This document shows positions 23,466-36,834 of a stretch of 64,000 nt of DNA, piece after piece. This DNA is from Guillardia theta CCMP2712. Lineage: Eukaryota > Protista > Cryptophyta. The notes under the pieces are model-generated. The model did not search any database and had not been told where the DNA came from. It worked only from the letters and a program-made list of their open reading frames with translations. The first letter of the stretch is position 1, and each line of letters begins with the position of its first letter. The translations under genes were made by a program, and so were the position numbers. The DNA lies in the NCBI RefSeq assembly GCF_000315625.1, contig NW_005434645.1, forward strand, positions 357,925 through 421,924. Reading direction: 5' to 3'.

Positions 23466-25099
23466 ATGGAAACCGATGAGGAAGGGGCGCGGGAAGGGAA
23501 GGGAGGAGGAGCCGAGCTCTCCATCTCCCTCCATCCTCTTGTGGTCATCAATATCGCTGATCACTCCATGAGGAAGCGAGCTCAACAGGGAAATGTCCCA
23601 CAGAGGGTCCTGGGGATCCTTCTTGGAGTGCAGGTAAACCCTCTGACTTGGTAATGTGGCAAGGACGCAGGGAGCAGGAGGAGGAGCAGGAGCAGCAGGA
23701 AGAGGAAAATAAGAGGAGCAGGAGGAGCAAGAGGAGGGGGTTGATGAGAATGTGCAGGCAGCATGGGATCCTGATATTGTATTGCCAAGGATTTGACTTG
23801 GTGCTTCATGGCAGGAGGGCAGGAACGTTGAGTTATGTAATTCTTTCGAGCTCGATTACAACACCAACGGGGAAAAACTACAAATAGACATGGAGTTTCT
23901 CAACATCAAGCAAGAACAATGTTAGAATCATACTTGCTTGCTGAGGAGTCCTGATTTCAGACGATTCCTTACAGACAAGAAGGTCTTCCCCAAGTATGAG
24001 ATGCTGGGCTGGTATAGCAACTCCACACAGGCAAGCATCCAGCCAGATGTTTTTCGGTCGTCTGATCCCTGTTGTAGCGAGTGAAACCTGGTGAGGCTCT
24101 GCCGGGAGACATTGAGATTCATAGAGAGGTAGGCTCTGACGTCGCCGCTTCCATCCTGAAGGTCTTCTGCCCCGCAGATCGGCTCCATCATAGAAAATCC
24201 CCTTTACCTCATCCTCGACACTTCTGAAGGAGCGGGCATTAGGGACCTCCCTGTTCATATCCTCGAGTCTGAGGTGACTTGATAGCACTTGTTGATTCCG
24301 GCGACGAAGTGCCTCCTCCAGGTTCACATCATCGACGACGTTCCAGCCCTCACGTTCGCCCGGAGCACGTATCACCTCGAGACAGAGGAGGCGGAGAGGG
24401 TGTCTGTCGATCAGGCAAGGACTGCACGTGCCGGAACCCGCAGCTCACTCCTGCCCAGGTCTCCCACTTGCTGCCGGCCGGGGCTTCCTCAGCATCCTCC
24501 GTCATGTCGAGCCACATGTCGTCAGGTTCCTTGGAGCTGGAATCCTTGCAGTCCTGATCATGGCTCGACCTCTCTAGTGCACTCTGCGGTGACGATGCTC
24601 CAGAAGCGTGTACAATGCATCCTCTCTCTGTTGCAGGTGAGGAGGAGGGTAAGCTCAATTGCTATTGCCGCCTGATGGAGCGTAGGCGATGGAGAAGGGT
24701 GAAGTCAAGAAAGACCACAGACTGCTCCGACAGGTTGAGCTAGTCGCTGTCCTAACCAGATCTCTTCCTCTGAGTTGCTACCAAGGTTGCGAGCTTGTGC
24801 CAGCGGTTGCCTGCTACGGATACCCCAGACTTCAAAGAAGACTTGCTGCAGCTTCACAACGACACCATGCTTGTAAGATAGATGGACTGCAACCCCAGTT
24901 GTTTGATCAACTTTCTGTCCAGGTGACATACCTAGCGACTATGACGAAGGGCACGAATTCTATCAATGAGCTGATTGACAAGGTAATCCTTTGAGTATGT
25001 ACTGACGGTGGAGGTGATGCCTTGCTGCCAGTACAACATAGCATTCGACAAACAGAGCAGAAGAAGGGGAGGACTGTTCTAATGAGGCAGGCATGGTAG
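23466..25099 (+). CDS. CSN6: COP9 signalosome subunit 6 (MPN domain), multi-exon
   Basis: SLHPLVVINIADH...RVLGILLGVQ-AGRNVELCNSFEL...IDMEFL..KQEQ-YKKVFPKYEMLGWYS, ETEEAERVSVDQ, HSAVTMLQKRV and YLATMTKGTNSINELIDK are CSN6 signatures. Confidence 0.93.
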
Positions 25100-25314
25100 C
25101 ATCTATCTACAGCTGATGCGCGCAAGCGACTGGAGGAAGCAACTTGACATTTAAAGAAAGTTTCATTCAAACAATAAGGTAGTCAGCTTGTCCAGCAGTT
25201 AAAAAAGAAAATAGTATGTTGTGTTTGTTGTTTTCAGCTATCTTTCACAAAGTACGCGACGCCCGAGTGTCTGCAAAAATCATGAGTCCCTCAGATCACC
25301 AATAGCTCATCAGC

Positions 25315-26828
25315 TCACATGAGGCGTCCGACCGGCCCCTCTTCGTACATGAGGTACGCGACGACATACGCCGAGAGCAAGTGGAAGATCCAGTAGAAAA
25401 CGGCGTATGCGAGCGTGAAGGACTGCAGATTCATGTCAGGATGACGGATCTTGCAAGTGCACTTTCCCCTTACCTGTGGTGTGCAGCGGCTCTCCAACCC
25501 CCAGTGAACGTCCACCAGGAAGGCCTCGACCAGCACGTTCACCGCAGCCTGCCACAAGAAGATGGGCAGCCCCCACTTGCCCACCATGACGAAGAAGTCG
25601 AGGCAGAAGAAGCTCCACAGGTAGGCTCCGACAACGCCGACGTGCTTCTTGACATTATCAAACTCAGCAGTCCCGTTGTCGTGAGCGCAGACGTCCAACG
25701 TTGTGACGCTGTAGATGACGATAGCTGACAAGGGCAGGAACTTGGTGTCGAAGGCCTCAATCCATCCGAAGCAATGAAAGTATCTCGAGTCCAAGCACGT
25801 GCAGTCCTCAGGCCACAAGTAGATGCTGTACGCGTAATAGAACAAGGCAAAAAATACGCAGATGAGGGGAGCGAAGCCCACGAAAGAGCGAGGATGAAAC
25901 TCTGAGTCTGAGCTGCCGTACAGTCTCAGTTCGTCCTGTCAACATCGTGAGCATCCAGCCAAGTGGGGAACAGCAACATCACCTTGTCCCTGCGCACTCT
26001 TAGAGCAAGGGCAATCCCACAGACAAACTCAGGAATGCGGAGAATTGGGAAGCATCGAAGCGCCCATCTCAAAGTATCCACGTTAGATTCATCGATGAAA
26101 GCCCAGGGGACCAAGCTGATCACCCACAGCGCCAGCATTTTCAACAGGAAGGTGCTCCAAGAGACATTCTCGAAAACCTTCTTGCTTGCGCCGAACAGAT
26201 ATGGAAAGAAAATCCACAGCCAGAACAGCGTTACAATGAACCAAACAGGGCCATTGATGTATCCAGACCCAGGGATAAAGCGATACCATGCAGTGAAGAG
26301 GAGGAGGCTTGTTCCTTGAGATACCCAACTTGGCCATCCGTAGTCATGGCAGCCAAAGAAGAAAGGTTGTTTCAACAAGAAAGTGACTATTGTGGATATA
26401 GCGAAATCCGGGTAGAACCGAACGAACCTTCTTGTCCAGTACCTCCACCGAACCTCAGACGAATCGAGATCTCGGTTGCCATAGCCCCACGCCAATGTGA
26501 AGCCACTGAGTACGTAGTAGAAGGAGACCACGTCCTTGGCTCCAAGGTGCAGGCCACTACAGCACGATGCGTCAGAATACTTACGGAGCGGTACCTGGAC
26601 ATCGGGACATCACCTGCAGAGAGTGACGCTGAGAAACTTTGCCTCGCTCCCACTGTCGATCCACAACGTCTCGATCGACCTTCCACATACGAGGAAGAGA
26701 GTAGCGAAGAACCTCATTCCCGATACCGCTGTAAGCTCGATTCGACCGGGCGACGTCTCCCGAGGCTCGTTGTGGCCTCTACCCTCCTCTTGGGGAGATT
26801 TCTCCTTGATGGAAACATATCCTGACAT
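25315..26828 (-). CDS. Acyltransferase family 3 (OafA-like) multi-pass membrane O-acyltransferase
   Basis: ELTAVSGMRFFATLFLV, VSFYYVLSGFTLAWGY, YWTRRFVRFYP, NGPVWFIVTLFWLWIFFP, PILRIPEFVCGIALA and SFTLAYAVFYW; many transmembrane segments. The true stop may lie slightly further downstream. Confidence 0.85.
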
Positions 26829-28717
26829 AGTTGTTGCTCCTCACGCCAGGATGATCAGCACATCTAATCCACAACCTGCCTAAAATGATTCACTTCGCAG
26901 TGCAAATGCCTCAGGTGGCTTTTCCAGCCATGTTGCCCCTTCGGTCGTTCTCATCGAACCATTTCAACGAATACCAATTACTCAGAATTCTGCTACGGCA
27001 TGCTCTGAGAGCTTGCTCCCATACATAAGCTGTTTGTATTTCGTTTCTCAACTCCTTCACTGACAAAAATGCACTGAATCACATCTTTAGCCAACCTTCC
27101 ATTACTTGACCAAGTTATGCCCCTGTATGTATCTCCGCTGCTTCCAACATTTGATCATCTCATCTACACATCTTACCCTGTAAGTTTGCTACATCAAACT
27201 CCCTTACATATGTTGGGCTCCTCCTCCCTCTCCCCCAAAGTCCTAGGCACTCACGAATCCAATCCTTTTCCTTCTCCTCTGCTCAGCCCCTTACTCTCTG
27301 GGCCCGATGATGCTACATGATCTCGTCTTTTCTCATCTCGTACTTGCAAAATCCCTCTCCTCCTCCTCTGCTCTTTCCTTCCTCTCGCTATCTCTCTTGT
27401 GTCCTATGGTTCGGAACGTTGTAGCCATTTTCCCTCGCACCTCTTCGCTTTCATCATAAATACCCCACCCTGATAGTCCGACAACTTTTTGGCCCACACC
27501 CCATTTGCTGGACATTCTCGGCGAGGACCCCTACATTTCACCTCAATATCCACCCTCTGATCCCCAAAAATTCGTCGGAGTAGCGCGACCACCGGGTATT
27601 TCACTACCCACCCTGGATTCATGAGAGATCACATGAACCCTACCTTTCCCATCCATCGACTACCCACCCCCTCATGCATCCATCAAAGCTAGTCACCTTC
27701 TCATTCAATGACCACCCTCACTCTACCCCACCCCTGTGTTTTATACCCTACCCACTTCTGACACTTTCTGTACCACAGACACCTACCCCTCAGAAGCAGT
27801 CTTTGATTTACCACCGGGTACAACGCCCATCTTAGTACCGGTAATAAAACCCATCAAATGCACTCTACCCGTTATTTCCACAGAGGATAACCCCTTCACC
27901 CCCACTCTTAGTAGCACCCCACTCCCCAGTCGCAAAAAAAAAAAAAACAATCGTTTTTCTTTACTTTCCTCGGACCCTACCTCCTCCATTGACTAGGTGA
28001 ACTACACACCCGTACATTATAAACTACCACCCGTCACCATCATTCATAATCATCCCATAACCCCTTATGATTAGGTTCATAACCCCATATTTTCCCTGGG
28101 GGTCATGACCCCATTTTGAGCATTACCCCTCCATTTCTGTCAACACCCTCAAATTTCCGAGCGAGACCCATCACCAAAACGATGGAATAAAATTGTTTTT
28201 ATAGCCCCCAACCATGACCCCACCCCTTCTGTTGTCTTTACTGCACCCGCACCTCAACCCCACCCCATAGACGTGACCTTACATTCCACCCCCTAGACCT
28301 CTCACAGTCCCACCCACCCACCCTTCCCATACCGCCCTACTACCCCTATCGCCCTAATACTCATCGCACCACCCACCTCGCGTACCTGTCCGTGTTCTAA
28401 ATCCGCCGTGATGGCTTTGAGTCCTTTTTTTCTTTTTTTTTCTATCAGGTGATATTTTGGTACCCAGACCATGCAGAAATTCAAATTTAGCTCAATAAGT
28501 TGAACATCACTCGAGGACTCGAACCGACTGTGCGGATATGGCAGTGCGATGCGAGGAAACCGGAATGGAGGGGAGGGCGATGAGCGCGACGCAGGCGATA
28601 TGATGGGAGTGATAGTGGTGGTGGTGATGGTGGTAGTGATGATGATCGAGTTGATGATCAAGAGCTAGTTCAAGGTGTTGACGGCAGTGATTGTGTTTAT
28701 GCAACTTCTTCCGCATT

Positions 28718-28858
28718 TGCTGCTGCTGCTGCTGCTGTTGGTGTTGCCGCCGCTGCTGCTACCGCTGCTGCTACCGCTGCTGCTACCGCTGCTGCTACCG
28801 CTGCTGCTACCGCTGCTGCTACCGCTGCTGCTACCGCTGCTGCTGCTGCTGCTGCCGC
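28718..28858. repeat. 12-bp tandem repeat (gctgctgctacc)n flanked by (gct)n
   Basis: About eight consecutive copies are visible. Confidence 0.9.
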
Positions 28859-29660
28859 CAGTAGGAGTTGGGTGGAAAGGACGGTGGAAGAACTGTGCAT
28901 TACGATATACGATGTAGGAGATTCGCTTGAAATAGAATCGCTGTACGTTATTGAGACATGTCGACCGTGATAATGGCGAAGACTAGGATGAGATTGATAC
29001 ATGATCATAATGCTGGGAATGAAGCCGAGGGGAAACAGAGAATGAGAGCCAGCTCAAGTGAGTTTGACACGCAGATGCGAGCCAAGGTTGAGCCTTCATG
29101 AATGAATGTAGAATGTGAATGAAAGTTGAGATAAATGAAGGATGTGGGCCAGCACAAATTTTCAGTACGACTCTGACGATGCTGTCTCAGGCGATGTGTT
29201 TCTTGCAAACTCTGTGATGTTCGAGACATTATCAACATTCAGAAAGGCGTACACATCCATCTCATTCGGTGATTCTATAGTGTTCTTCAGTGCTGATTTT
29301 TCCTGACATTGCGCAGGCGCGACAAACTTTCAAAACGAGAAATCGAGCAACAAGGATGTTGACAAGACTGACACGACAGGCTGGAAGATAGCAGATCAGG
29401 TTTTTCTTGTCTCCTCGTATCTTCTGCCATTGACCTTCTGACTTTGTCTTGGCTCGAGAAGAATTCACCTAATGACAACGGCAATTCGCAATACAACTAT
29501 TGGCTACTTTGCAAAGGCTCGTTCTGCGCAGGACATGAAGCGGAAGTTCCCAAGTCAACGATAGTTTAGTAGAGAGCAAGCATGATGCAGGACAAGAAGG
29601 AGAGGCGAGGGGCGAGGGAAGAAAACAGTGACGTTTCGCATGATATGACACGTCGGATCA

Positions 29661-32600
29661 TTAGAGGTCATCGTGGTCGAAGCGATGAATCCTCTGCCTT
29701 AGAAGAATCATCTTCTTGCTCTGCCTTCGTTTCCTGTACCTGCCAACGAGGGTGAGGGGTGACAGAGCAGAGCCAGAGGAGTACATGAGCACAATGAGGA
29801 CCAGGACGAACGATATCATGATGATGGCCAGGACGGAGAAGACAGATGCTGCCGACACCGTCAGGGGCAGGGGCCTCGCTCCCGTCAACTCACTGGAAGT
29901 CTCATCGCAGCCAATGAGCTGACAAACGAAGGAGCGCTTCTTCATCGTCCTTAGAGCGTCGAAGTCAGCGAGCGCTGGAGGATACAATCTCGACATTACC
30001 CTGGAGTCTTCTTGATGACGGTTCTTGGTTGGATGCTGTGCAGGTTAGAATCGTCTCTCCCCCCTCGTTGCTCCTTCCCCTCCCGCGTGCTTCCTTCCCG
30101 AGCTCCTGCTGACTGCTGAGGGCCCGGTCTCTCCTCCCTGTCCCGGCGGGGTTCCGTTGTCTCGCCTCGAGACGTCGCCCTCCCTTGCTGCTCTCTTGGA
30201 TTGGCATACACATTCTTGCTCTGTCCACCAAGTCAGAGCGAGTAAAGACAGCGCATTAAAGGCGCTTACCACTCGCACGAGGCCGCTATGGCTCCTCTCC
30301 TCCTCCTCCCTACCTCTACCACCTCCTTCCACACAGCCGCCCTCCCTCGCGCAGACCGAGCAGTTCCATCCCGCAAAGCCTCCATGGCATTCGCACATCC
30401 CGTCCTCCTCCCCTTGTCAGGTTAGGCAGGGCAAGGGAGGAGCCTTACCTTCGACCTGAAGCCACGAGCAGAGCAGTCCTCCGCTGTGAACTCGAACCAG
30501 AACTTGGGAGGAGGCAGTATGCTGCTGCTCTCTTGGGGGGCGAGAAGGTAGTAGCGCTTGCCAACAGCCATGCCGATGGTGGGGAAGGCGAGGAGGAAGG
30601 ACCAGCCGTGGAAGCCATGGAGGCCCTGCTCCTCTCCCAGCGGCTGAATCCACGATGCCTTCATGCTCCCTCCCTCCTCTCCAGCCGCGTCAAGCCGAGC
30701 GAGCTTGAAGAGATCTGTGGAGTGATATGAGTGGAGCAGTCAAGATTATGAGGAGAGGGAGGCGGAGCAGTGGGAGAAGGTAGATGTAGAGAAGGATGTG
30801 GTTGGGTGAAGAGGAGGAAGAGAGGCGAGTAGAGGACGTGGAGGAGGGGTGAGGAGGACGTGGATGAGCGAGAGGAGGAGGAGAAGTCAGGTCACCTGCT
30901 TGCAGCGGCCCTTTGACCACTTTGTTCAGCGTTATGCGGACAAGAAATTCGCCGAGGAGTTTGGGGATTCCAATCATACCAGGAGGGTCGAGGAACAGGA
31001 CGAGAGGTCTCTTAGCAGCAAGGAGAGCAAACGGCACCAGCCGCATTCTCCAGGATAGAGGGGAGCACAGCGCTTGTTCTCGCGCAGACTTCCTGTAGAG
31101 CCGCTTCATCCTCAATAAGTAGCGACCGGGGGGAAGAGGCTGGGACAGCTCCAGCTTGCTGAGGGGGAGGGAGGACCCCTCCTCCTCCCTCATGCGGTCC
31201 GTCAGTTTCGTCCCCTCCCTCTCGAAGCTGCTCCTTCCCAGGCGAGGGCGAGCGACGTTGAGGACTGAGGAGGAGGAGCCGGTCACGGCGATGAGGGAGG
31301 CGGACAAGGAGACGAGCATGGGGTCGAACTGCAGGTGAAACTGCAACAGCAGAGGTCTGTGAGCAGCAGAAACATCTCCCTTCCTCCTCCTCCTCCTCCT
31401 CCTGCCTCCTTGCTCCTCCTCCTGCCTCCTTGTTATCAAATTCCACCCACTCTTCCCCCTCGTGAACTCTCCTCCCTTGCTCCTGCCTCCTGCCTCCTGC
31501 CTCCTGCCTCCTGCCTCCTGCCTCCTGACTCCTGCCTCCTGCCTCCTCCTCAACAGGGCCTTACCTGCAGAAGAGCATCCTCCTCCACTTCAATGTCTAC
31601 GTCATGAATCGCTTCACACTCTCCCCGCGAGGAGGGGGTGCATGAAGGATCGACTGTCGGCCACTTGCTGACGTCAACCATGGTGTCCACCTGCTCCGTC
31701 GTTTCCCTTCCTCCTTGCATCTTGACCTGCTCGGTCTTATCAGAATTCTCTCTCTCTCCTCCTCCTCCCTCCTCCTTTCTCTTCCATTCATATCTCATTC
31801 CTTCCCATCTCCCCTCGTTCTTTTACGAACTTCTCTGCCTCCTCCTCTTTCCCCATATGCCTCTCTCTCTCCCTCTCTCCCTCCTCCCCCCCATCCCTCC
31901 TCCTCCTGGTTTCGCACGACTCGTACCTCACGAGGAGGAAGGGCGCTGATGAGATTGGCGGGGCACCTTCCCATCTTGTCGACCTGTTCCTCCGGACGTA
32001 GAATGATCTGCATCCCCCAAGTGGAGCAGGGGAGGCGATGGTACCCGACCTTGGCAGAGAGGAGGAGGACGATGTCAGCTGCAGCCTGTGCTTGAAGAGT
32101 CTCGCTGCTGTAGAACAACAGCTCGTGATCGTCTTGGAGAGGGGTGGAAGACAAGAGCTTTGTCCATGCTCGATCCTCTTTGCTCTGGGTCCCGTGGAGT
32201 CAGACGAGGAGGAGGAGGCAGAGGATGGGGTAGTAGAGGAGGAGGCGGAGGAGTAGGTGGTGGTGGGACAGGAAGAGGCGGAGGCGGAGTTACGTGCAAG
32301 AGGAAAGGGACAAGAAGACGGAGGAGGAGGCGGAGGAGGAGGAGGATGCAGTGATAATCTGGAGGAATAGAAGGAATGGCTCACCTCCTCTTTTCCGAAT
32401 CGCACAACGGGCTTGGCAGAAACTTTGCCATAGGGAAAGTTGTCGCGGATACGAAGATGCAGGAAGAAACGAGGAGAGGAGGAGGAAGGGAGAGTCAAGA
32501 GGTGAAGGGATATAGGAGTCAGCGGCTTGCGAGGCTCAGACTTGGGGAAGATGATGTCCGCAGCAGACCAGACCAAGACGCTTCGTCCTCCATGACCAGA

Positions 32601-35600
32601 AGCGCGAGTGGAAGCGATGGCAGTTGGGGGGAGAGAGGGAGAGGGGAGGGACAAGGAAGCAGGAAGACCCTCGGCATGTGCACAGAGGAGAGCAGAAGAT
32701 TGCTTGAGGAGAGCAGCGGAGATCTTGATCGCGTACCTGAGCGTCTGGGAGGAAGGAAGGGGAAGGGAAGCAAGGAGCTTCAAGGTGTATCTTCCCTTCT
32801 TCACCTCCAGCCTCAGCTCGCATGCGTTGAACGATTCCTTGCAGATCCAAATTTGCCTCTTCCTGCTGCTGCTGCTGCCACCGCCACCGCTGCTGCTGCT
32901 GCTGCCGCCGCCGCCGCCGCTGCCGCTGCTTGTACCTTGTCGTGCAGTTTCATGCAAATCCTGTCGCTCAAGGACTGCGAACATTTTGATCCTCACAAAC
33001 TCGTAGGAGACAACCACATGCAGCTCCACGTCCTGCTCAAACTCCAGCGGAACCACGTCCACCTCCCCCTCACGCTCAGCCGCCTGCCTGCTGCTTATCG
33101 CGACATGGCGAGACTGAGAGATGTAAGGCAGCGTTCGCACTGCCAGCTTCTGCGACAGCTTCTCATCTCCCCCTCCCTCCTGCGCCCTCCCCTCCGCCCC
33201 CTCCTCCTCGCTCCTCTCCTCGCACGACAGGCCGAACTGCATGCTGAATGAACTCCCTCGCCCTCTTGCTCCGGGCGCGAAACTTTCGGTCCTGATCCTC
33301 AGCCGATACTCCCCAGCCGCCAAGCTCGCAAGCACATGCACAGCTCGTTGCCGCGCGTCTGCTCCTCCTCCCCGTGCCATGTGCACCTCCTTGCTCCTCG
33401 CCACCTCCTCCTCTCCTCCCTCAGCCCCCAACAAGGAGCATGACAGCACGTTCTGCACGCCATCCGGCACCATGAAGATGCGCAGGGACGCCTTCCTCCC
33501 GCCCTCGCACTGCCGCACGTGGAACTTCATGTCGTGCGAACTCTCTCCTTCCTCCATGGCGAACTTGCCGAAGAAATGAGTGCCCGAAGAGAGGAGGAGG
33601 AACGAAGTGCGATCAAGGTTGGAAGGAAGAGGGAGTATAGGGCGTCCCCCCTTCTGCACCACAGAGGAGGAGGAGGGGGTGGATGAGGAGGAGGACTTGT
33701 CGATCCTGAAGCGGAAGGAGAAGGACTGACAGGCTTCGCTGCGACTGGAGGACACGTTGGTCTGCTGGAAGACCATCATCGTGTAGTTCCCTCCCTTCAG
33801 CCACCTGGCAACCAGCACGCTGAAGCCTCTGCCCGTCGTCGACATCCATCGCTCCCTTCCCCCCGCACAGTCTCCATCCTCCTCGCACCCGTCTCTGCGG
33901 AGCATGGCGGAGACGGGGAGCGAGAAGAAGGAGAACCCGAGCTCCACACGCACGTTGGCCATGGGAGGAAGGCGGAGGGGGAACGTATGGACATGGCGAG
34001 TCTTCCCAGAGAGGAAGTGGAGGGTCTGAACGCCCTCCCAGCATCGCATGTCCCTGTCCTCCTGCGCAGCCTCGCATGCTGCGAGGTTCGATAGGTCAGC
34101 ATCTATGCGAGGAAGCACGCTCCTTCCCCCTCCCAGCTCGTAGGCCGAACATGTCTCTGCTCCTCTTGCCTTCCTGTTCTGCCCCAGGTCTGCTCCAGCT
34201 GATGAAGACGATGAGGATGATGATGATGAGGAGGAGGAGGACAGTGAGGAAATGCTCAGGTAGAGATGGAAGACAGCGCACTCCCCTGCTTGCTCGGGAG
34301 GGAGGAGGTGGCGCAACTTGAGGAGGAACCTCCTCCTGCCCTCCCACGCGGCTCCTCCTCTTCCCACTTTCTTCTCGTTCTTCCTCCCCTCCTGCTCCTC
34401 TCCCCGCCGGCCCGAGGTGTCGAAAGCCTTGAAGGACAACACCTGCCGCGTTCCTGCGAAGCTGACGACATTCTGCTCCACGAACCTTCCGAACTCCACG
34501 ACCTGCGCAGAGCTCTGCGCGGTAGAAGAGGAGGAGGAGGAGGAGGAGGAGGAGGACTCTGAAGGGAAGAGCTCGTAGAGGCGAGCTTCTGTCACAAACG
34601 GCCCGCGAGCACTGGCGAGAGGAAGAGGTTCGATCTGCATGAGGATGTGGGACGGAGAGCTGACATCGAACCTGACCGCGTCCTCCAACTCTGCTCCTCC
34701 TCCTCCTCCTCCTCCTCCTTGTCCACCAGCGATGAACCTCCCCTCCAGCAGCGCGCTGCTACCGTCAGCGAGCATGCCGGGGACGTTGAGGGAGGGGAGC
34801 AGTGGAGCCGCCCTCTGCGAGAGCAGGCAGACGCTCCTCTTCGAGAGGGCATCCACCTGCAGCCAGAGCTGGAACTTCGCGCATCTCCGCCCGGCCATGG
34901 AGCTGGGAACGCCCCACTGCGTCGCCCTCGTCCTGCTGTTGAAGAAGTACCTCTTGCCCTGCTCGTCGTGCTTGGCTGACCATTCCCAGCTGCTCCCCGA
35001 CCCCAGCTGGTGTCCGGCTGAGAGGGTCTGCCGGATCTTGAGGAAGTACCTTTGGAACGAGTTAGAGGAGACTCGAGCTCCTGCCCTTCCCCTCCCCCTG
35101 CAACTTCTCCTGCCCCTTTACCCCATCTTCCCCCTTCTGTCCCGTCCCCCGCACCTCCACTATCATCATAATCTATCCTTCTCCTCCTTCTCCTCCTTCT
35201 CTTCCTCCTCCTGTCTTCTCACCCCCCCCCATCCTCATCACCCCCCTCCTCACCCGCCTCACCTTCCAGGCTGCAGCACAGTCTGCATCCTGCTCTCGCT
35301 GTACCGGTGCAGCCCCGCGCGGAGGAACCTCCCGTGCTGGTCGTACAGCTCGAGCGTCAGGTCGTCGTGCAGGAACGAGGAGAGGAGGCCCGACGACAGC
35401 ACAGACGCGCTTCCCAGCTCCATCGGGTAGCTCGCGATGGTGTAGCCGTGCGATCCGTTCCCGGTGAAGGCGATGGAGGACGAGTCTCGCTGCTCCAGCA
35501 GCTGCTGCAGCTCGCTTCCCCTCCTCTCTACGTTGAACCTAGTGCCTTCCCTGATCGCCTCCCGTCCTCCCGCGATCTGAAGCAGGGAGGGGACGGAGCT

Positions 35601-36781
35601 TTCTCCCCGGTGCTCGCACGCCTGATCGAACCCTTCTTCCTCCGTCAGCCCAGCCAGCGGCGACAGCGCCACCTCCATGTCCATCGTTGGGCAGTCTTGC
35701 CGCCCGCAGGAGGAGGAGAGTTCATCGCAGGGTCGACCGGCAACCCCCCCGTGGTTGAGGAAGGAGACCTGAAGCTTGTAGGAGCCAGGAGCCAGCGCCG
35801 TCAGCAGAGAGTCTCCCCTGATCCCATCCGGCATGTGCGGCCTGTCCGTGGGGACGAGTGAGAATTTCTTTTCCCCTTCCCCCTTCCCCTTCATCTGCAG
35901 CAGGTGCAGGCGAATGTCCACGGCCTCGGAGGACTCCACATGCACACGGAGCAGAGACGCAGCAGCAGCAGCTCCTCCTCCTCCTCCTCGCACAGTCAAG
36001 TCGATGTAGTGGTGGCGGGAGGACAGCGCTCGAGCGACGTTGAAAGAGTCCTGCACGTGAAAACTCTCTCCCCTCCTCCCGAGGTATCCGACCTCGTGGA
36101 AGCTCCTTGGGAGTGTGCGACCTGGGCAGGTGACAGAAGATGGAGGAGGAGCATCAAACACGATTCTGATGCTGAGGTCAAACGGCATGCAGCGCATGTT
36201 CTCAAGAAACGAAGGCACCTCCCCCCCTCCTCCTCCTCCTCCTCCTCCTCCGTCCTCATCTTGTCCAGCTTTCAGATCGTTGGAGCTCAGCCTCATCGTG
36301 TCCCTGGTGATCCACAGCATGTAAGTGCCACTTGCCAGTGTCTGCTCCAGGATATTTCCGTTGTACGCGTCTGCTCCCTGCGTGCAGGAGCGAGAGCGGG
36401 AGACTACTCTGCTCTCCGTCCCCGTCCCTAGATCCTCTCGAGCTTCCTCCTCGTCCTCCGACCGCAACAGCCTCCTCCTCCAGCTCCTCAGATGGGAGGC
36501 ATTGTACGAGCGCTTGTAGATGGCAGAGAGGTCCTTGTACAGGAGGTCCGAGAAATCTCTCCTGCTGCCCCTGCGGGTGATGGGTAGAAGGAAGGAAAAA
36601 ACGTATGTCAGACTCTAGGGAGAAGAGCGAAGGTAGGTAGCCATCAAAGAGTTCAACAGACCTGGAAGAGCGTTTCTCATCGTTGGTGCTGCTTTCTCGA
36701 GCTTTGAAGTTTGAAGCCCTTTGTGACGAGGACGAAGAAGAGGATGAGGATGAGGATGAGGATGAGGATGAGGATGAGGAT

Positions 36782-36834
<53 letters not shown>

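Noticed and set aside
28302-29651. Short His-, Ala- or Leu-rich ORFs as a gene
   Set aside because: They are driven by simple repeats, and I could not build a coherent spliced model or recognise a domain. A small gene cannot be excluded.
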